Below are positions 59,089 through 64,000 of a stretch of DNA of 64,000 nucleotides, piece by piece. Every line of letters starts with the position of its first letter. The stretch's first letter is position 1. Position numbers and translations under genes: made by a program. This stretch comes from a virus: the IMG/VR virus record IMGVR_UViG_3300042868_003730, positions 83,922 to 147,921 of that record, one strand, 5' to 3'. Below the pieces are notes generated by a model. It saw only the letters and a program-made list of their open reading frames with translations. It ran no database searches and was not told where the DNA came from.

Positions 59089-60493
59089 AGAAACGATTCT
59101 ATCCAATTTATTGATTGATGAGGAATACTCACGTAAGGCTACGCCATTCCTCGATGCTGATTACTTTGCCGAAAAGGCAGAAAAGACTTTACTCATGGAG
59201 ATCAATGGATTCTTCATGAAGTATAACAAGTTGCCTACGAAAGAAATTATTCGTGTGCAACTTGCGCAGAGAACTGATCTGACTGATACTGATCTCAAGA
59301 ATGCCATTGAGATCGTTGATAACTTTACTGATGAGAAACCAACCAGTAAAGAGTGGCTGTTGGAACAGACTGAGAAGTTCTGTAAGGAAAAGAGTGTATA
59401 CAATGCTATCCTTCGCTCTATCAAGATTATTGATGGTAAGGATAAGGAACTGAACAAAGAAGGTATTCCGAAGATTCTTCAGGATGCTTTGGCTATTTCA
59501 TTCGATACTGCAGTTGGTCACTCATACCTTGAAGATGCAACTGCTCGTTATGAGTTCTATACTCGTAAGGAAGAAAAGGTCGCATTCGATCTGGAGATCC
59601 TTAACGATATCACCAAGGGTGGTCTGGCAAAGAAAACGCTGACTCTGTTGGCTGCTCAATCTGGTGGTGGTAAGAGTCTCGTTATGAGTCACTTCGCCGC
59701 TGCTGCTCTTCGTCAGGGTAAGAATGTTCTTTACATTACTCTGGAAATGTCCGAGGAAAGAATCGCTGAACGTATTGATGCAAACCTACTTGGTATTGAC
59801 ATTGATAAACTGGCTGATCTTTCCAAGGAAGAATTCGTCCAGAAGATTGCTACGATTAGTAAAAAGACTCAGGGCAAGCTGATCGTCAAGGAATATCCAA
59901 CTGGCTCGGCTCATTCGGGTCACTTCCGTGGGTTGCTTGAAGAGTTGAAGATCAAGAAAGACTTTAAGCCTGACTTCCTGATCGTGGATTATCTTGGTAT
60001 CTGTGCGTCCTCGCGTATGAAGATGGGTGGTAGTGTTAACAGTTATTCCTATATAAAGAGCATTGCTGAAGAGCTGCGTAGTCTGGCAGTTGAGTATGAT
60101 GTTCCATTGATCAGTGCTACTCAGGTCAATCGTAATGGCTTTGATAACTCGGATATTGAACTTACAGATACTTCTGAGTCAATGGGTCTGGTCCATACTG
60201 CGGACTTGATGCTTGCTTTGATTCGTACTGAGGAACTGGATGAGATCAATCAAATCCTGATCAAGCAGCTGAAGAATCGTTATGCTGATACTGCAATCAA
60301 TAAACGATTCGTCGTTGGTATCAATCGTTCCAGGATGAAGTTGTTTGATCTTGAGAAGTCTGCCCAGACATCTATTGCTACTGGCTCATCCTTTAGTCCG
60401 AAGGGTAAGATGAAGAAAGTTGAGGAGCCAGACGTTCCTCTGTATGATCGTTCGAAGCCAAGACCTACGGACTTCGGTGGGTTCAAATTCTAA
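59069..60493 (+). CDS. 41: Replicative helicase gp41
   Basis: IEETILSNL, AQSGGGKS, YITLEMSEE.IAERIDAN, KEYPT, VDYL, SATQVNR, QLKNRY. Confidence 0.95.
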   Translation: MTNLRIEETILSNLLIDEEYSRKATPFLDADYFAEKAEKTLLMEINGFFMKYNKLPTKEIIRVQLAQRTDLTDTDLKNAIEIVDNFTDEKPTSKEWLLEQTEKFCKEKSVYNAILRSIKIIDGKDKELNKEGIPKILQDALAISFDTAVGHSYLEDATARYEFYTRKEEKVAFDLEILNDITKGGLAKKTLTLLAAQSGGGKSLVMSHFAAAALRQGKNVLYITLEMSEERIAERIDANLLGIDIDKLADLSKEEFVQKIATISKKTQGKLIVKEYPTGSAHSGHFRGLLEELKIKKDFKPDFLIVDYLGICASSRMKMGGSVNSYSYIKSIAEELRSLAVEYDVPLISATQVNRNGFDNSDIELTDTSESMGLVHTADLMLALIRTEELDEINQILIKQLKNRYADTAINKRFVVGINRSRMKLFDLEKSAQTSIATGSSFSPKGKMKKVEEPDVPLYDRSKPRPTDFGGFKF

Positions 60494-60533
60494 AATATAT
60501 TTCAATTTCCCTGAAAAAACTCGTGCAATTACT

Positions 60534-60540
60534 CTAAATA
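60534..60540 (+). promoter_or_regulatory. Late promoter CTAAATA upstream of tRNA-operon leader
   Basis: Same motif as at the structural genes. An ATG lies 5 nt downstream, at the expected start site. Confidence 0.6.
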
Positions 60541-60544
60541 GATG

Positions 60545-60640
60545 ATGACCAAGAATTTACCAAAACCCTATTATGTAAGCGAAATTCTCGCTGGTGGAGC
60601 AACACACGAGAATGATGCGACGAAATTTGGTGCCATGTAG
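60545..60640 (+). CDS. Putative leaderless 31-aa attenuator leader peptide MTKNLPKPYYVSEILAGGATHENDATKFGAM
   Basis: Open frame from the ATG at the predicted start site to a TAG that lies within the antiterminator segment GTAGGGTT. Confidence 0.5.
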   Translation: MTKNLPKPYYVSEILAGGATHENDATKFGAM

Positions 60641-60658
60641 GGTTGGCTCTGATTAAAA

Positions 60659-60692
60659 ACAAAACCCTACTTCGGTAGGGTTTTGTCATTTT
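60659..60692 (+). terminator. Terminator / attenuator hairpin
   Basis: ACAAAACCCTAC-TTCG-GTAGGGTTTTGT followed by CATTTT. Confidence 0.8.
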
Positions 60693-60698
60693 GGGGAT

Positions 60699-60727
60699 TT
60701 TACTTTTATTCAAGTCTCAGGTATAAT
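60699..60727 (+). promoter_or_regulatory. Early promoter P1 of tRNA operon
   Basis: TTTACT-TTTATTCAAGTCTCAGG-TATAAT, same family as 45526 and 47657. Confidence 0.8.
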
Positions 60728-60781
60728 TTCTTTATGGGTTGAGTGAGGTAGGCGGTTCTGGTTAGTTTAGGTTTGAATCGC

Positions 60782-60810
60782 TTTACTTTTATTCAACTTA
60801 GCGGTATAAT
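60782..60810 (+). promoter_or_regulatory. Early promoter P2 of tRNA operon
   Basis: TTTACT-TTTATTCAACTTAGCGG-TATAAT. Confidence 0.8.
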
Positions 60811-60842
60811 ATCTTTATCGGTTAGTTGTTGAACTTGCCGAT

Positions 60843-60858
60843 TACTCTTTAAAAATTT
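60843..60858 (+). promoter_or_regulatory. rrn-type boxA antitermination element
   Basis: TACTCTTTAAAAATTT versus E. coli rrn boxA TGCTCTTTAACAATTT, about 25 nt after the P2 start and preceded by a hairpin. Confidence 0.6.
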
Positions 60859-60889
60859 GTTGTTTTATGGTTCCAGGGTTCTCCCTGGT

Positions 60890-60985
60890 GCCATATTGAA
60901 ATGCATTAGAAAACATAGATGCCTGTGGGTGAGAATCCTAGGCTGGGGTGCCTTCACCATATCCCGTAGTGCATTTCAATATGGT
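60890..60985 (+). ncRNA. Long-stem structured RNA element 1
   Basis: GCCATATTGAAATGCATTA...TAGTGCATTTCAATATGGT, about 19 bp with G-U pairs. Confidence 0.65.
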
Positions 60986-60988
60986 GAC

Positions 60989-61070
60989 ATCATAGTGAAG
61001 CATAGCACTTCACTGATAAGGAAGTCTGGTCGGCTGTATTCAACTGGCTAGTGCTATGCTTCACTATGAT
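60989..61070 (+). ncRNA. Long-stem structured RNA element 2
   Basis: Perfect 21-bp inverted repeat ATCATAGTGAAGCATAGCACT / AGTGCTATGCTTCACTATGAT. Confidence 0.65.
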
Positions 61071-61074
61071 ATTT

Positions 61075-61149
61075 GCTCGATTCGTCTATTGGTTAGGACT
61101 CCAGGTTTTCATCCTGGCAAGAGGAGTTCGACTCTCCTATCGAGTACCA
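61075..61149 (+). tRNA. tRNA-Glu(TTC)
   Basis: Cloverleaf, anticodon arm CCAGG-TT-TTC-AT-CCTGG, encoded CCA. Confidence 0.92.
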
Positions 61150-61234
61150 TAATAAGTGTGTGATAAGACGGTGCGTGATTGCCAGTATCGTAACTTCGAG
61201 AGCTCGTCGGTCGAGGGCACACTTATTATGGTAC
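61144..61234 (+). ncRNA. Long-stem structured RNA element 3 (overlaps tRNA-Glu 3' end)
   Basis: Perfect 17-bp inverted repeat GTACCATAATAAGTGTG / CACACTTATTATGGTAC. Confidence 0.65.
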
Positions 61235-61329
61235 CATATTGAAGCGCATTACGACTGACCAACTTCGGGTGTGGTTAGTTCCAGAAATAGGTCGTAATTG
61301 ATTTTACGGGCAGTGTGTTTCAATATGGT
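61233..61329 (+). ncRNA. Long-stem structured RNA element 4
   Basis: ACCATATTGAAGCGCATT...AGTGTGTTTCAATATGGT with G-U pairs. Internal UUCG hairpin. Confidence 0.65.
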
Positions 61330-61421
61330 GTGTTTCCAGTTTCACCAATCTCTCAGTTAAAAGCTGTTGATGAGTAAAGGGTGCGAGAAAATCAAATCCT
61401 TCTGGGCAGAACATGCCGCCA
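61327..61421 (+). ncRNA. Non-tRNA structured RNA with acceptor-like stem ending GCCA
   Basis: GGTGTGTTT pairs with GAACATGCC, followed by GCCA. No cloverleaf. Confidence 0.4.
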
Positions 61422-61512
61422 TATTGAAGTGCATTCAAGCAATGACAGGAGTGGTAGCCCTGTATCTTGCTGGACTAAAGACCTACTACGTCTGAGTGCA
61501 TTTCAATATGGT
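61418..61512 (+). ncRNA. Long-stem structured RNA element 5
   Basis: GCCATATTGAAGTGCATTCA...TGAGTGCATTTCAATATGGT, 20 bp with G-U pairs. Confidence 0.65.
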
Positions 61513-61519
61513 AGACAAC

Positions 61520-61595
61520 GGGACGGTAGCTCAGTTGGTAGAGCAGCGGACTTTTAATCCGTAGGTCGTGGGTTCGAGTCCCGCTCGTCCCACCA
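61520..61595 (+). tRNA. tRNA-Lys(TTT)
   Basis: Canonical 76-nt cloverleaf, GCGGA-CT-TTT-AA-TCCGT, CCA. Confidence 0.95.
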
Positions 61596-61604
61596 AAGAA
61601 TAAT

Positions 61605-61681
61605 GCGGAAGTGACGCAATTGGTAGACGTGCTTGCCTTAGAAGCAAGATTCTGAGAGTTCGAGTCTCTCCTTCCGCACCA
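61605..61681 (+). tRNA. tRNA-Leu(TAG), short variable loop
   Basis: CTTGC-CT-TAG-AA-GCAAG, 77 nt, CCA. Confidence 0.88.
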
Positions 61682-61687
61682 ATTTAT

Positions 61688-61780
61688 GGGTGTTTTGATG
61701 CTATGGCGTGTGCATCCCGAGACTGTAAATCTCGTCCTATTAGGTAAACATTCCTGGTTCGAATCCAGGAACACCCACCA
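61688..61780 (+). tRNA. tRNA-Tyr(GTA), atypical D arm
   Basis: GGGTGTT/AACACCC acceptor, CGAGA-CT-GTA-AA-TCTCG, long variable arm, CCA. Confidence 0.85.
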
Positions 61781-61788
61781 AGATATAT

Positions 61789-61864
61789 TCCTCGATAGCT
61801 CAGTTGGTAGAGTGCCGGACTGTTAATCCGTTGGTCCCTGGTTCGAGCCCAGGTCGAGGAGCCA
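61789..61864 (+). tRNA. tRNA-Asn(GTT)
   Basis: 76-nt cloverleaf, CGGA-CT-GTT-AA-TCCG, GCCA. Confidence 0.93.
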
Positions 61865-61868
61865 TTTA

Positions 61869-61951
61869 GCGAGAGTGGTGGAATGGTAGACACAGCAGAC
61901 TTAAAATCTGCCGCTCAATGCGTACGGGTTCGAGTCCCGTCTCTCGCACCA
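61869..61951 (+). tRNA. tRNA-Leu(TAA)
   Basis: GCAGA-CT-TAA-AA-TCTGC, variable arm, CCA. Confidence 0.93.
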
Positions 61952-61954
61952 AGT

Positions 61955-62035
61955 TTTAGGTGATGACCCAAGCGTAAAGTTCCGGAACTGAGAAGCTAAG
62001 AAGCGTAAGTGTACAGCTGGTTTCGTACCACCTAA
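61955..62035 (+). ncRNA. Structured spacer RNA
   Basis: Closed by TTAGGTG / CACCTAA. Contains AAGCGTAA twice. Confidence 0.4.
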
Positions 62036-62038
62036 TTT

Positions 62039-62115
62039 GCGACCGTAGCTCAGATGGATAGAGCAGCGGATTTCTACTCCGTAGGTCAGCGGTTCGAATC
62101 CGTTCGGTCGCACCA
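62039..62115 (+). tRNA. tRNA-Arg(TCT)
   Basis: GCGGA-TT-TCT-AC-TCCGT, 77 nt, CCA. Confidence 0.93.
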
Positions 62116-62121
62116 GATTTT

Positions 62122-62225
62122 TAAGACACGGATACGTAGCACCTCCCTTTCACGGAGATGTATGCTCGTGGCAATTCTATGTAATTCCGTGACTGACAGG
62201 AAAGAACCCATATACTGTCAACTTA
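62122..62225 (+). ncRNA. Structured spacer RNA (multi-stem)
   Basis: CACGGA/TCCGTG and TGACAG/CTGTCA stems, closed by TAAG/CTTA. Confidence 0.4.
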
Positions 62226-62229
62226 TTTT

Positions 62230-62304
62230 GGATCTAAAGTGTTCATGGACGCACACCTCTCTGTCTAAGAGGAAGAAGGAGATCGTTACTCCTTAGATCC
62301 GCCA
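62230..62304 (+). tRNA. tRNA-Asp(GTC), non-canonical
   Basis: GGATCTA/TAGATCC acceptor plus GCCA. CCTCT-CT-GTC-TA-AGAGG. A8/U14 and T-loop ATCGTTA. Confidence 0.8.
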
Positions 62305-62391
62305 TGATTAGGGTTTTCCTAAGTGAGAGAAAGGAGAATAAGTCTAAGTGTAATCACTGTAATAAAAATGTAATATTTTGAATGTTTTAGA

Positions 62392-62398
62392 CTAAATA
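62392..62398 (+). promoter_or_regulatory. Late promoter CTAAATA upstream of the monooxygenase gene
   Basis: Same motif as at gp13, gp18, gp19 and gp22. Followed by a 5' hairpin and an AAGGAG RBS. Confidence 0.6.
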
Positions 62399-62480
62399 CT
62401 TGTGGTGGTTGTATTAGCAGTTTCAATCCACTACGTCTCAATTTGTTAAACCGACATTAAAGGTCAAGAAGGAGTACTGA

Positions 62481-64000
62481 ATGTCAGAATTAACGCTAAA
62501 CAAAATCACCTCTCAAAAAGGTATCCCAATCGCCGAGGCAACTCGTCGCATCGCTGATCTCGGCTGGCAACCTAGCTATGTCCAGGAAGCATCAACTTTC
62601 CCTACCGACTATAAGATCGGAAAAGCACCTCGTGACCCAATGAAGCAAGTGCTGCGTTCCTACTTCCCAATGCAGGAAGAAAAGGACAGCCGTGTTTATG
62701 GTGCACTTGATGCCGCACTTCGCGGTGATATGTTCCGCAATACCCAGCCACGCTGGATCGAATGGATGAAGTTGTTCCTGGCTATCATCCCTTTCCCAGA
62801 AATTTCGGCTGCTCGCTCGATGGCAATGGTTGCTCGTCTAGCCCCAGGTGAAGAACTTCGCACTGGTTTCACCATGCAAATGGTTGACGAGTTCCGTCAC
62901 TCCACGATTCAGATGAACCTGAAGAAGTGGTATATGGAAAACTACATTGATCCAGCTGGTTTCGATATCACTGAGAAGGCATTCGGTCAATGCTATGCTA
63001 CGACTATTGGTCGTCAATTCGGTGAAGGTTTCCTGACTGGTGACTCGATCACTGCAGCAAACATCTATCTGACTGTTGTTGCTGAGACTGGCTTCACCAA
63101 CACGCTATTCGTTGCTATGCCTTCGGAAGCCGCTCGTAATGGTGACTACGCTTTGTCAACTGTATTCCTGTCGGTTCAATCTGACGAATCGCGACACATT
63201 GGCAATGGACACTCTCTTTTGATGTCCATCGTCAATGACCCAAGCAACCACCTTTTGCTCGAGCGTGATCTACGTTACGCATTCTGGCAAAACCATGCCA
63301 TCGTTGATGCTGCTATCGGTACTATCATTGAGTATGGTACGACTGACCGTGATAAGAACAAGGAGTCCTACTCTGAGTTGTGGCACCGTTGGATCTATGA
63401 GGACTACTATCGCAGCTATATGCTGCCTCTGGAAAAGTATGGTATCAAGATTCACCACGATGATGTTGGTGCTGCTTGGGATCGTATTGTTAAGAAGAAC
63501 TACGTTCACAAGACGGCTCAGTTCTTCTCAGTTGGTTGGCCTGTCAACTTCTGGCGCATCGAAGCCCAGACAGAAAAAGACTTCGAGTGGTTTGAACATA
63601 AGTATCCGGGCTGGTACGCTGAATTCGGCGACTACTGGAAGTGGTACGAAAAGCTGAGCCACCCTGGTCAGACCAACGTGCTGTTCAATCAGGAAGTTGG
63701 CTACTCGTATCCACATCGATGCTGGAGCTGCATGGTTCCTTGCTTGATTCGTGAAGACTTTGTCTATGATGAAGTTGAAGGCGAAGTGTTTACATACTGC
63801 TCGGAAGTTTGCCGTTGGACCCACAAGGTCGCTTTCTCCGGTGAATATGAAGGTCGTGCTACTCCAGCAATGGGTCGCTTTAGCGGTAAGCGCGAGTGGG
63901 AAGAGTGCTATGATGGTTGGGATCTAGCTGATGCTATTAAGGATCTAGGTTTTGTTCGTCCTGATGGCAAGACACTGATTCAGCAGCCTCACCTGCGCTT
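62481..64000 (+). CDS. prmA: Soluble di-iron monooxygenase hydroxylase alpha subunit, group 5 (propane monooxygenase PrmA-like), 3'-truncated by window
   Basis: Not in the ORF track because there is no stop before the window end. Translates to MSELTLNKITSQKGI...KQVLRSYFPMQEEKD...IIPFPEISAARSM...QMVDEFRHSTIQMNLKK...TVVAETGFTNTLFVAMP...SVQSDESRHIGNG...HRCWSCMVPC...YCSEVC...GFVRPDGKTLIQQPHL. Two DExRH di-iron motifs lie 99 residues apart. Confidence 0.93.
   Translation, partial: MSELTLNKITSQKGIPIAEATRRIADLGWQPSYVQEASTFPTDYKIGKAPRDPMKQVLRSYFPMQEEKDSRVYGALDAALRGDMFRNTQPRWIEWMKLFLAIIPFPEISAARSMAMVARLAPGEELRTGFTMQMVDEFRHSTIQMNLKKWYMENYIDPAGFDITEKAFGQCYATTIGRQFGEGFLTGDSITAANIYLTVVAETGFTNTLFVAMPSEAARNGDYALSTVFLSVQSDESRHIGNGHSLLMSIVNDPSNHLLLERDLRYAFWQNHAIVDAAIGTIIEYGTTDRDKNKESYSELWHRWIYEDYYRSYMLPLEKYGIKIHHDDVGAAWDRIVKKNYVHKTAQFFSVGWPVNFWRIEAQTEKDFEWFEHKYPGWYAEFGDYWKWYEKLSHPGQTNVLFNQEVGYSYPHRCWSCMVPCLIREDFVYDEVEGEVFTYCSEVCRWTHKVAFSGEYEGRATPAMGRFSGKREWEECYDGWDLADAIKDLGFVRPDGKTLIQQPHLR

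Noticed and set aside
61366-61392. Hammerhead-like TGATGAG...GAAA
   Set aside because: Lacks the C of CUGANGA and a convincing stem II and cleavage triplet.
60890-61512. CRISPR array interpretation of the CCATATTGAA repeats
   Set aside because: Repeats occur as inverted pairs around the variable part, differ between units and are interrupted by a tRNA. No cas gene is in the window.
60857-62296. Short ORFs across the tRNA region
   Set aside because: They overlap tRNAs and structured RNAs and have no RBS or coding-like composition.
62308-62322. TTAGGGTTTTCCTAA palindrome after tRNA-Asp
   Set aside because: Single imperfect copy. It could be a host regulator site or a weak terminator, but there is nothing further to support either.
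63235-63657. 140-aa + strand ORF and two - strand ORFs in the track
   Set aside because: Alternative frames inside the monooxygenase gene that starts at 62481.
62481-64000. Calling the oxygenase mmoX (soluble methane monooxygenase) or ribonucleotide reductase beta
   Set aside because: Sequence around both DExRH motifs and at the termini matches the group-5 propane-type family as I recall it, not MmoX or NrdB.

Overview
This 64 kb window is part of a large T4-like (Straboviridae/Kyanoviridae-like) myophage genome, with essentially all genes on the + strand. 1-23.4 kb holds baseplate, tail-fibre and adhesin genes plus a probable lysis pair. 23.4-35.5 kb is the neck/terminase/tail/head core: gp13, 14, 15, 17, 18, 19, 20, 67, 21, 22 and 23, with no gp16 in its usual place. 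35.5-39.9 kb holds putative capsid-internal proteins, an Acb1/gp57B-type 2H phosphodiesterase and gp3. 39.9-60.5 kb holds the recombination and replication genes (uvsY, uvsW, 55, 47, 46, a CobT/CobS-like VWA + MoxR pair, 45, 44, 62, regA, hsp20, dexA, 43, uvsX, 41). The last 3.5 kb is the most unusual part. (i) A short leader ORF with a complete 1:2/2:3/3:4 attenuator layout, followed by tandem promoters and an rrn-type boxA, precedes an 8-tRNA operon. (ii) That operon is interleaved with a family of non-tRNA RNAs closed by related 17-21 bp stems. (iii) An ORF missed by the ORF track (62481 to beyond the window end) encodes a group-5 soluble di-iron (propane-type, PrmA-like) monooxygenase alpha subunit, downstream of the phage's own late-promoter motif. 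All assignments come from motif recognition and gene order; no database searches were run.
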